Shown here: positions 37,883 through 47,140 of the stretch, one piece after another
Layout of the letters: each line of letters begins with the position of its first letter
How positions within the stretch are numbered: the stretch's first letter is position 1
Origin: Opitutaceae bacterium
GTDB lineage: Bacteria; Verrucomicrobiota; Verrucomicrobiia; Opitutales; Coraliomargaritaceae
Assembly: GCA_051252375.1 (NCBI GenBank)
Contig: JBPOFY010000006.1
Span: 96,001-160,000, forward strand
DNA length: 64,000 nt
Direction of reading: 5' to 3'
Notes under the pieces: generated by a model
Databases searched by the model: none
What the model was told of the DNA's origin: nothing
What the model saw: only the letters and a program-made list of their open reading frames with translations
Translations under genes and position numbers: made by a program

Positions 37883-39718
37883 ATGAAAATTTCCCATTTT
37901 TACCCATTAATCAGTTTCTGTTTCGCTGCCTTGTTGCCGACTTTTATTCATGCAGAGCCAGCTGCGGAGAAGCCCAATATCATATTCATTCTAACGGATG
38001 ACCAAGGTTATGGTGACTTGGAGCGCCATGGGCATCCGTATCTTAAGACACCGAACATCAATCGCTTACACGATGAAAGTGTGCGCTTTGATAATTTTTA
38101 CGTCAGTCCCTCGTGTTCCCCTACACGTGCGGCGTTGATGACTGGAATGCATGAGTTCCGAGCCGGAGTGACGCATACGTTGATCCCTCGCGAGCACATG
38201 AGCCTCGATCTAGTCACTCTTCCGGAGTTGCTTAAGACAGTCGGCTATCATACGGGTTTTATCGGTAAGTGGCATTTGGGCGGGCAGGGCGCTTACGGAC
38301 CGACACGGCGAGGTTTTGATTGGATGGCAACAAATCCCGGTGGTCCACGCATACATTTTGATCCCGACATGGTTCGCAATGGTAAGCGCTTTAAGGCAAA
38401 GGGGTTCCGTGAAGATCTCTTCTTCGATGAAGCCATGACGTTCATCGAAGAATCTGGCGACGAACCGTTTTTCTGTTATCTGGCGACGTATTCTCCCCAC
38501 ACGCCTTTGGCGGCACCAGACAAGTTTATCGCTCCCTTCCGTGAGGCTGGTTTGAACGACACGCATGCCACTTATTTAGCCATGATTGAGAATGTGGATT
38601 ATAATGTAGGGCGCTTGCTCACTTTCCTCGAAGAAAAGCAGTTGGATGAAAACACGATCATTCTGTTTATGAATGACAACGGCGTGACGGAAGGTCTCGA
38701 CGTTTACAATGCCGGCATGCGTGGTTCTAAAGCGACAATCTGGGAAGGAGGCTCGCGGGCGATGTCCTTCTGGCGCTGGCCGGAGCACTGGAAACCGCAG
38801 ACTCATAATAATCTATCTGCTCATATCGATGTCTTACCCACCTTGTGTGAAATCGCAGGCGTCCAGGTTCCAGTGGAAACGCAATCTGAACTGCAAGGCT
38901 TCAGTCTGATTCCGTTGCTTGAGGCAGATGGGCAACAGGACTGGCACGAAGGTCGGCTGTTGTATCACCATGTGGCACGTTGGCCGAGTGGCCTAGCCGC
39001 TTCGCACAAGTATGCGATGGCTGGCGTGCGAAAAGGCAACTACTTGCTGCTGCAAAGCGCACCTTGTGACGACCCGGATTGTTTGCCTACACAGAGCGGT
39101 TGCGCGCGCCTGCGACAAATCAATAAGGGGGCAAAGACCACGACCTATGCATATGGAACTGCGCAGTTCCACTGGGCGACGACTCCCTTGGGGACTTGGG
39201 CTTTGTTTGATGTGAAGGCGGATCCTGCTTGTAAGGCGGACTTGGCTAAGACGCATCCCGAGATGGTCTCCGAAATGGCGGCGAAGTATGAGCAGTGGTG
39301 GGATGAAACTTATCCTGTCATGATCGCCCGTGGCGGTGATAAGGGTGATCCGGATGCAGACCTGAAAGCCTCTACGAAAGCTCGCGAATGGAAAGGCCCC
39401 ACGTCGGATGTTGAAGCTGAAAAAACACCAGCGAATAGTAGTGCTGCCATGGCGCGATTTAATCGCTTGGACGCAAATGGAGACAGTAAGATTACTGCCG
39501 AAGAATACGTCGCCCCATTCTTGAAGCAGCTATCGATTAAAGATTCGGATCACGATGGTGTGCTGAGCCATAAAGAATTGAATGTTCCTCATTTTAATTC
39601 TATGGATAAGGATCAAAGTGGTCAGCTCACCATTGATGAAATCCAACAATTCTATATCCAGCAATTTAAGAAGCTTGATCATGACCAGAGCGGTGCGATC
39701 AGTGCAGATGAAATGTAG
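37883..39718 (+). CDS. Secreted S1 sulfatase with four C-terminal EF-hand motifs
   Basis: Signal peptide, CSPTRAALMTG, GKWHLG; DANGDSKITAEE, DSDHDGVLSHKE, DKDQSGQLTIDE, DHDQSGAISADE. Confidence 0.92.
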   Translation: MKISHFYPLISFCFAALLPTFIHAEPAAEKPNIIFILTDDQGYGDLERHGHPYLKTPNINRLHDESVRFDNFYVSPSCSPTRAALMTGMHEFRAGVTHTLIPREHMSLDLVTLPELLKTVGYHTGFIGKWHLGGQGAYGPTRRGFDWMATNPGGPRIHFDPDMVRNGKRFKAKGFREDLFFDEAMTFIEESGDEPFFCYLATYSPHTPLAAPDKFIAPFREAGLNDTHATYLAMIENVDYNVGRLLTFLEEKQLDENTIILFMNDNGVTEGLDVYNAGMRGSKATIWEGGSRAMSFWRWPEHWKPQTHNNLSAHIDVLPTLCEIAGVQVPVETQSELQGFSLIPLLEADGQQDWHEGRLLYHHVARWPSGLAASHKYAMAGVRKGNYLLLQSAPCDDPDCLPTQSGCARLRQINKGAKTTTYAYGTAQFHWATTPLGTWALFDVKADPACKADLAKTHPEMVSEMAAKYEQWWDETYPVMIARGGDKGDPDADLKASTKAREWKGPTSDVEAEKTPANSSAAMARFNRLDANGDSKITAEEYVAPFLKQLSIKDSDHDGVLSHKELNVPHFNSMDKDQSGQLTIDEIQQFYIQQFKKLDHDQSGAISADEM

Positions 39719-40092
39719 TTGTGACTGTATTCGGAGACGAGAGGTCCTACTAAGTCGTCATCGGCTAAATTCTAACGACTAATATTATACTGCTTATGAA
39801 ACGCCTATTAATTAGCACTCGGCATAACGACGATGGCAATGCGGCTTTTATTGATGGGCACGTTGAGTCCTTTGCTTGGCGTGAAATGAAGCAAAAACAC
39901 GTTTATATTGAGAATTAGGTGTTGCTCAGTACCCTCAGGAGTTTCTGATCTAGGGTATATCTTTCTTACTGCAACTACTAGGTTGCATACCTGATTCGAG
40001 GGCTTTGACTGTTGCAAAATATTTTTCAAGAAATCTCTCGTATTGTGCGATGACCACTTCTATGTTTTAGTATTAACATTGTATCCCAAATT

Positions 40093-41940
40093 ATGTATTC
40101 CCTCGAACTCCTAGACTACGCTGTCATTCTCGTTATCCTGCTCTCATTAATTGGGGTAGGTTTGTTTTTCACTAAGAAGGGAGGCGAGGATATGGACTCC
40201 TTCTTCGTTTCCGGTCGCTCCTTACCCTGGTATATTGCAGGCACGTCGATGATCGCGACGAGTTTCGCAGCCGATACGCCGCTTTGGGTCAGTGCACTCG
40301 TGCGGAGTCACGGTATACACTACATTTGGCAATTCTGGGCACCGCTGATTGGCTCCGTTCTCGCAGTGGTGTATTTCTCTCGTAAATGGCGTCGGATGGC
40401 CTTTGTCACTGATATCGAGTTTATGGAAGCCCGCTATGGCGGCACTCCAGCAAAGGCGATGCGTGGTTGGTCGGGTGCTTGGGGTGCGCTCTTCATCTGC
40501 CCTTTGATCTCCGCATGGGTGATCAAGGCGATGGAAACGATCGGTCGCGAGGCAGTTGGTTTGCCTGCGGAATATCAAATACCTGTGACGATTGCCGTTG
40601 TGGCGGTTGCCATCTTGATGTGCGGACTGTCCGGACTCTTTGGGGTGGTTTATACAGACTTTATTCAGTTTATTTTAGCCACTTTTGGCACGGTGCTTTT
40701 GGCCGTACTCGCAGTGCGCGAAGTGGGTGGTTTGGATTCACTCGTTGAGCAGTTACGCTTATTGGAAAATTGGGGCGGCACTGATCTCAGCATTGCACCG
40801 AAGATCGGCAGCGGAGCAGGGGAGATGTCGATGTGGAATGCCATTGGCTTCTTTGGCTTTCTTTGGATCGGCGTTGGTTTGAGCGGTGGCTATCAAGCGC
40901 AAAGGTTATTGGCGAGTAAGGATGCGAAAAATGCATCTTTTGCGCAGCTACTTCACTCGATTGTGTATTTTTCCTTTATGGCCTGGCCTTGGATTTTGGT
41001 GGCGCTCTGCTCGCTCATTTTGATTCCTGAGCTGGGAGAAGGCGTGAACCACGCTGCAGCTTATCCTCGTATGATTGTTATGATTATGCCGGTGGGCTTT
41101 AAAGGGTTGCTCGTCGCAGCACTACTCGCTGCGTTCATTTCGACGATCAGCACACTCTTCAATTGGGGCTCTTCATATTTGGTGAACGACGTATATCGCC
41201 GCTTCATGAATCCTAATGCAAATGAGAAAAACTACGTTTTCATCGCGCGTATTTTAACAGTACTAATGGCTGTTGCTGGCGCGACTATTTCGATCAAAGC
41301 ACCTGACATTCAAACTCTATTGACTCTAGCTTTCGTGTTGGGCTCTGCGGGTGTAGTGCCTGGTGTAGTGCGTTGGCTCTGGTGGCGCACCACTGGTAAG
41401 GCTGAAGTGATCGCTCTCATCGTGGGTTGGGTCATGGCGATTTTAATGTTATTCATGAGGGTCTTTGATAATCCATTCACTGATAAACTTTTCGGCGCGG
41501 GTATGAGTGAGGATGGGGTGCAATTTCACTTAAGTAATGATCCGAATCTAGTTGGTGCGCGTATGCTCGTCATGGTTGTGGCTGTTGGACTTGCCGTCAT
41601 CATTGGTTCACTTCTGACAAAGCCAGAGGATATGAATCGTCTTAAAGCATTTGCTGCGCGTGCGCGTCCGTTCGCATTCGGTTGGCGGCCAGTGGTCAGT
41701 CAAATGGAAGTCGTCTATATCGAAGAAGAGCCGATTGGACGCACGCTATGCTCTTGGGGGATCGGATTGATTGCGATGACCTCGATCCTGTTCGGCATCG
41801 GGAAGTTGCTGCTCGGACCGCGTCCTTTAGGGTTGGGTTTAATAGTCGTTGGAGCGGTCTTCTTTGTTTGGCTAGTGCGTCGGACTAAGAAGGACTGCGA
41901 GAACGACGTCGATGAGCCAGATTTCTTGAGCAATAAGTAA
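40093..41940 (+). CDS. Sodium:solute symporter (SSS) family transporter
   Basis: Many TM helices; FFVSGRSLPW, SMIATSFAADTP, AQRLLA, AAFISTISTLFNWGSSYLVND. Confidence 0.9.
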   Translation: MYSLELLDYAVILVILLSLIGVGLFFTKKGGEDMDSFFVSGRSLPWYIAGTSMIATSFAADTPLWVSALVRSHGIHYIWQFWAPLIGSVLAVVYFSRKWRRMAFVTDIEFMEARYGGTPAKAMRGWSGAWGALFICPLISAWVIKAMETIGREAVGLPAEYQIPVTIAVVAVAILMCGLSGLFGVVYTDFIQFILATFGTVLLAVLAVREVGGLDSLVEQLRLLENWGGTDLSIAPKIGSGAGEMSMWNAIGFFGFLWIGVGLSGGYQAQRLLASKDAKNASFAQLLHSIVYFSFMAWPWILVALCSLILIPELGEGVNHAAAYPRMIVMIMPVGFKGLLVAALLAAFISTISTLFNWGSSYLVNDVYRRFMNPNANEKNYVFIARILTVLMAVAGATISIKAPDIQTLLTLAFVLGSAGVVPGVVRWLWWRTTGKAEVIALIVGWVMAILMLFMRVFDNPFTDKLFGAGMSEDGVQFHLSNDPNLVGARMLVMVVAVGLAVIIGSLLTKPEDMNRLKAFAARARPFAFGWRPVVSQMEVVYIEEEPIGRTLCSWGIGLIAMTSILFGIGKLLLGPRPLGLGLIVVGAVFFVWLVRRTKKDCENDVDEPDFLSNK

Positions 41941-42003
41941 TTATTGAATTTTAAAGTCAGAACACATTAACAGATTTCTTTGTATAAAATTGTTAGTAGC
42001 AAA

Positions 42004-44433
42004 ATGGATTTAAGTACTTACCATCAATCTTGGGAAACCAAGAAAACGATACTCAAAATGGCGCAACCAGCAGGTTGGTGGCGCGATGCGTTTCCGTTGG
42101 GGAATGGCCATCTGGGCGCGATGCCTTATGGTCGGATCTGCGAAGAGCGAATATTGATCAATCACGAACGCCTCTGGTATGGGGGCATCGTTCCAGAAAT
42201 TCCCGATTTGTCGGCTTTGCTTCCGGAGTGCCGTGAACTTATCGGACGTGGCGAAATGTTGGCTGCGAATGAGCTCTACTGGGATGCTTTGAAAACGCAC
42301 GGAAAGGAAGGGCGTTGCGCGGTGTATCATCCGGCGGCGGATCTTCGTATCCACAGTGTCGCTCAAAGCCGTTTCCATGATTATCAGCGGTATCTGGATC
42401 TGACAAATGCTGAGAGCATGACTTATTGGGTCTGGGCGAAGCAGCCCCAAATCAGACGTAGTTTTGTGTCACGGGCAGATGATTGTATTGTTGTGGAGCA
42501 ACAGGGAAAAGCATTGTCCGTTCAAGAGTGGGAACTGAGCTTAGAACTTCACGATTTGTTTGATGCGATCAAGAAGGATGGCACACGCTTTACTCCAAAA
42601 ATTGCTTTCACCGCCTCAGCAGATGGTGAGTGGATTATGGGCAAAGGCGTTTACACGGACCCACATTATACGCACGATGAGTATGGTGTAGTCGCACGTG
42701 TGATTGCCACCGGTGAGGACGCTCATGTCGCGTTGAACGATAGCGCATCAGGCGTGGTTGTGAGTGCTGCTGATGGCCTCATGGTGATTGTGAAAGTGTT
42801 CGTTTACGAAAATACGGAGTCTGCGATCCCGCGACTGCAGCAAGAAATCTTGGAGTTAGGGGAAAGCTACGAAGCACTTCGCGAGAAGCACGTAGCTATT
42901 CAAAAGCCGCTCTTTGAGGGATGCCATGTTGAGTTTGCTGGATCACGCGAGACCTCAACTTCCAATGAAGTGCTATTACTCGATTCCTATGGTGGCACGA
43001 TGTCCGTCGAGCTTCTGCAGAAGATGACGGACTACGGTCGCTACTTGTTGATCAATAGTTCGAATGGGAAATCCGTGCCATCGAATTTGCAGGGCATTTG
43101 GAATGGCGACTACGCGCCGCCTTGGGATTGTTTCTTTATGATCAATGAGAACTTATTGATGAACTATTGGCAGGCATTACCTGCTGGTATGAATCAAGAA
43201 GTGCTCGGTGTCTTCAGGTTCTACGAGTCGCACATGGAGGATTATCGTGAAAATGCCCGTCAACTATACGGTTGCCGTGGTATTTTTATTCCAGCACTGA
43301 CGTCGCCGCAAACAGGCTTATCCGTGCATGGTGGCTCTTGGATTGTTAACTGGATTTCTGGGGCCGGATGGTTGTGCCAGCTCTTCTATGACTACTATCT
43401 CTTTTCCGGCGACAGCACATTCCTGAAGGATAGCCTACTTCCCTTTATGCGGGAAATCGCGATTTTTTATGAAGACTTCTTTACATACGATGCAGCAGGC
43501 AAGGTGGTGATTTCGCCGTCAACATCTCCTGAAAACTGGTCCAAAGAGGCCTGCGAAATTGAGTCACCCACAGCGATGCATCCACGTCTCTGCGTGAATT
43601 CCACGATGGACGTGGCGATTGCGCGTGAGCTTTTGGGTAATCTATTGAAGCACGCGCGCGAGTTGGATCTATATGGCGAGAGCCATGAGCAATGGGAATG
43701 CATGCTGGATGGTTTACCCGAGTATGAGATCAACGAGGCTGGTGCAATTCGTGAGTGGTTAGATCATCGTTTCTCAGACAATTATGAGCACCGCCACTTG
43801 TCGCATATTTACCCAGTCTTCCCTGGTTTTGAAGTGACTGAGGAGTCGCATCCGAATTTGTATCCTGCCTTTCGTAAAGCAGTCGATCTGCGCGGAACGA
43901 AAGGACAGAAGGATCAGACCGGTTGGTCTCTGGCACATATGGCAAACATCCGTGCGCGGATGGGTGATAGCGAAAGTGCATACCATTGCCTCGAAGCGAT
44001 CATGCAAACTTGTGTGGGTAAAAACTTTTTCACCTATCACAATGACTATCGCGGATCTGGTATCTCAGTGGATTGGTTCTTTGGTCATTCCACACCTTTC
44101 CAGATTGATGCGAATATGGGCTTCACTGCCGCAGTGTTCGAAATGTTGGTGCAGTCCACTCCAGGCTTAATCAAGCTCTTGCCCGCTTTGCCGAAAGAAA
44201 TGCCGGCAGGCAAAGTGACGAACATGCGCACACGTGCAGGTGTAAAGGTCAGCTTTGAGTGGCAAATGGAGCCGTTCAAAGTCACAGCTACTTTCCGCTC
44301 AAACAAGGACCAGACCATTGGCTTACAGCTTTCGAATAAATGTAAGCAAATCATTCAACTGGATCTAAAAGCAAAGCAGAACCGGGAACTGACTTGGGTT
44401 TTAGAAGACAGTAAGCTAGTCAGTGTCTCTTAA
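42004..44433 (+). CDS. GH95 alpha-L-fucosidase-like glycoside hydrolase
   Basis: PLGNGHLGAM, YGRYLLI.SS, NLQGIWN, IN..MNYW, HRHLSH, FQIDANMG. Confidence 0.92.
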   Translation: MDLSTYHQSWETKKTILKMAQPAGWWRDAFPLGNGHLGAMPYGRICEERILINHERLWYGGIVPEIPDLSALLPECRELIGRGEMLAANELYWDALKTHGKEGRCAVYHPAADLRIHSVAQSRFHDYQRYLDLTNAESMTYWVWAKQPQIRRSFVSRADDCIVVEQQGKALSVQEWELSLELHDLFDAIKKDGTRFTPKIAFTASADGEWIMGKGVYTDPHYTHDEYGVVARVIATGEDAHVALNDSASGVVVSAADGLMVIVKVFVYENTESAIPRLQQEILELGESYEALREKHVAIQKPLFEGCHVEFAGSRETSTSNEVLLLDSYGGTMSVELLQKMTDYGRYLLINSSNGKSVPSNLQGIWNGDYAPPWDCFFMINENLLMNYWQALPAGMNQEVLGVFRFYESHMEDYRENARQLYGCRGIFIPALTSPQTGLSVHGGSWIVNWISGAGWLCQLFYDYYLFSGDSTFLKDSLLPFMREIAIFYEDFFTYDAAGKVVISPSTSPENWSKEACEIESPTAMHPRLCVNSTMDVAIARELLGNLLKHARELDLYGESHEQWECMLDGLPEYEINEAGAIREWLDHRFSDNYEHRHLSHIYPVFPGFEVTEESHPNLYPAFRKAVDLRGTKGQKDQTGWSLAHMANIRARMGDSESAYHCLEAIMQTCVGKNFFTYHNDYRGSGISVDWFFGHSTPFQIDANMGFTAAVFEMLVQSTPGLIKLLPALPKEMPAGKVTNMRTRAGVKVSFEWQMEPFKVTATFRSNKDQTIGLQLSNKCKQIIQLDLKAKQNRELTWVLEDSKLVSVS

Positions 44434-44445
44434 TCGCCGTTTCCT

Positions 44446-46911
44446 ATGACCAGTTCTCCTTCAAATAGTCCTATCTGGGCACGTGTATTTACATGTGCGC
44501 TTTTGCTTGCGGGCATCATCACTAGTGCATGCACGGCGACGCCGGAATCGACTAGCGAGGGCGATCAATGGAGCATGCCATCGCAGACCGATCAAATTCA
44601 TCTCTCTTGGATCGCCGGTCCGCCTCAGATGCAGGTCTTTCAGCCTTACGATAGTCATCTTAAAGGTTTCAGGGAAGATGCGGCTGTATTGTCGTTTCGT
44701 AGTGAAAAGTGGGGGATGCTGATCGATCCGATTCAGATGAAGGTCGATCGTTTCACACTGCAACCGACGTCGGATGCTGTGAATGAAACCTTAGCTTATA
44801 CAGATGTGTTGAGTAACTGGTCGCAGAGCTTGCTCGAAATGCGTGTCGAAGTGCGGGGTAAGATATACCGCGTAAAGCAGGGGAAGGCGGCTTCTGAATA
44901 TGAGAATAATCGTTACTCGCCGATACATATTGTGGAAAGTGGCACGTGGTTTCAGCACGTTGCGATCTATGATTTCGATTTGGTTGCTGATAGTGGTGAA
45001 AAACTTGAAGCGAAAACATGGCTGGAGATTCGTGCATGGGGAGATAAATGCCTATTTGAGTGGTTCGTTATTCCCGAGCAATCTATGCGGACCAAGCTTG
45101 CCATTACATTGAGTTCTCGCGCAGCCGGATTTTCGGAAACTGCGGCTGCCAATGGGGCTGCGCGCGTGCAATTGGGTGTCGGATTCGATGGTGGCGTTGT
45201 GCGTCAACTGGAGCTACAAAATTCAGTTAAAGTAGCGGCGAAGGCGAACAACGATTTTACGCCGAAGCAACCGGATGTGCTGTATTCTGATGTCACTGAC
45301 GCATGGGAAGTGCGAATCCCTCGGCAAAAATGGCCAAGAGCAAAATCAGGCGCAGCGTTTAACTTAGAGTTGTTGGACCGGATCTCCAGTTATGACCTCG
45401 TTCTGGAAAATGTTGCTGATGAGCCGCGCGATGTCTGCCTCCGTTTTATCCATGATTACCATCCTGTAGCGGGCTATGTGCCGATGATACTCGATGAGAT
45501 GGGCCAACAAACAGGCCTGCCTCTGCAGAATAGTAAGAATTGGCACTCCTTACCTGAGGAGCCTTATCCTTACGAAGGCACTTGGATTAATATCACCGCG
45601 CGTTTGACCTTAGCGCCTAAGAGTCAGGTCGATTTTGAATACATTGTCGCGCACGCGCTTTGGCAGGGAGTGCCCGCGTCCTCAGCTGCGCAATTGTCTT
45701 TAGTTGGTTGGGGCTACAATGGTTTTTGGACTCAGATGGCACTAGGTGCTTGGGGTGAGACAGTTTGCATACAACCGGGGCGCACCATGCGTCGCGCGTT
45801 TATAACAGATGTTCGCCCGTTCGAAGTTCTCAGTCAGAACGATTTACCTTATGACTGGACGACGAATGTCGGTGGTGGCGATGTCGCTCGTGTTACCGAT
45901 GCAGATGGTAAGTATGTCCCATGGCTTGGCACTGTTCGTCAATTTGAAAGGATCGGTCCGAATCTTTCGCATGTTAATGTCGTTGAACGTTCACCGGATG
46001 AAAAGATGCGTTTGAGTATCGATACCTATCTGCCGCGCAGTAATTCGATCCACCGTTCCTATTTCACTGCTAAGTTGGAGTTTTTGAATGATGTGGAGCT
46101 GAGCGACCTCGCACTTTTTCAGCTGGCTAGCGATTACTACAATGAAATGGAGTCGCAAAAAATTGCATGGGGTAATGCCGACACATTGCTCGGCGAACAA
46201 ACTCCACCCGTTGAGGAGTGGGGAACTGTCGTGGCTGCGCAACCACTATCTGGGGAGCAACCATGGGTGAGCTTATTTGCCAATACGCCGGACACAGAAA
46301 CGCGTGGCCGTGGTGTGCGCGGCATCGTCTTGCGGCACTTTAGAGCGCAGATCAATGGTGAGACTTACAATACACCCCATGTCCGTGCCGGACGAACAAT
46401 GTCGCGTTTGAATGCTGAACTCGTGCTGCCAGACGGGGTGACAACCTTTAAGGCAGGTGACTTTATTGAGTGGACCGTTGAGCTCGATGCTTTCCCTCTA
46501 ACCGCGGAGGCTTACTACGGTTCGAACAAAGTGTTGAAAGAACGTCTGGCTGCAACGCCTGACAGTTGGGAATTAATCGCATTCGAATCGCGCTTCCAAG
46601 GGCTGCAAGTTAATGGGCAAGCTCAGGTGTTCCCAGCAACGTATCAAGCGACGGATGCCCCAGAGCAGTCTATTCGTGTGAGTAGCACTTCCAGCATGGA
46701 AACCATTATTATACAGGGTTTAGGTCAGCCTGATACTTGGAAAATAATGGAAGTCGTCGATGGGGCATCGAATGAACTCGGCGCTAGATTTTCAGCAGAG
46801 GCAAAGCCACAGATTGATTATGATCCAGACACCAAAGATTGGTCTGCCGTGTTGTCATTGATTTTCTCTGAAGGTGCAAAGGATCGAGCGTTCGTTCTGA
46901 AAGTGCAGTAG
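44446..46911 (+). CDS. Large uncharacterised secreted/lipoprotein, aromatic- and beta-rich
   Basis: Signal peptide with possible lipobox ITSAC; 821 aa; 12 bp downstream of the GH95 gene. Confidence 0.75.
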   Translation: MTSSPSNSPIWARVFTCALLLAGIITSACTATPESTSEGDQWSMPSQTDQIHLSWIAGPPQMQVFQPYDSHLKGFREDAAVLSFRSEKWGMLIDPIQMKVDRFTLQPTSDAVNETLAYTDVLSNWSQSLLEMRVEVRGKIYRVKQGKAASEYENNRYSPIHIVESGTWFQHVAIYDFDLVADSGEKLEAKTWLEIRAWGDKCLFEWFVIPEQSMRTKLAITLSSRAAGFSETAAANGAARVQLGVGFDGGVVRQLELQNSVKVAAKANNDFTPKQPDVLYSDVTDAWEVRIPRQKWPRAKSGAAFNLELLDRISSYDLVLENVADEPRDVCLRFIHDYHPVAGYVPMILDEMGQQTGLPLQNSKNWHSLPEEPYPYEGTWINITARLTLAPKSQVDFEYIVAHALWQGVPASSAAQLSLVGWGYNGFWTQMALGAWGETVCIQPGRTMRRAFITDVRPFEVLSQNDLPYDWTTNVGGGDVARVTDADGKYVPWLGTVRQFERIGPNLSHVNVVERSPDEKMRLSIDTYLPRSNSIHRSYFTAKLEFLNDVELSDLALFQLASDYYNEMESQKIAWGNADTLLGEQTPPVEEWGTVVAAQPLSGEQPWVSLFANTPDTETRGRGVRGIVLRHFRAQINGETYNTPHVRAGRTMSRLNAELVLPDGVTTFKAGDFIEWTVELDAFPLTAEAYYGSNKVLKERLAATPDSWELIAFESRFQGLQVNGQAQVFPATYQATDAPEQSIRVSSTSSMETIIIQGLGQPDTWKIMEVVDGASNELGARFSAEAKPQIDYDPDTKDWSAVLSLIFSEGAKDRAFVLKVQ

Positions 46912-46958
46912 GTATTGGTTGGTAGCACAGGCGCGTCTCGCTACCTTAAGCATCTAAG

Positions 46959-47109
46959 GGTAGAGGCGGTCGTCCCGACCGCCATTGTGTCGAATCTGGT
47001 CATTGTCGTTCGCTCCTAATACGGTTGAGCTGCTCAGACATGTGGCGATGGGGACCATCGCCGCTACCTTTTTTTGGCACGCATCAATCACGAGGCAGGC
47101 GTCCCTACC
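46959..47109. repeat. REP-like palindromes between convergent genes
   Basis: GGTAGAGGCGGTCG..CGACCGCC, GGCGATGG..CCATCGCCGCTACC and GGCAGGCGTCCCTACC, the same families as at 14.0-14.1 kb. Confidence 0.75.
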
Positions 47110-47140
47110 AAATACTATCGACTGATCGCCGTCTGCTTGA

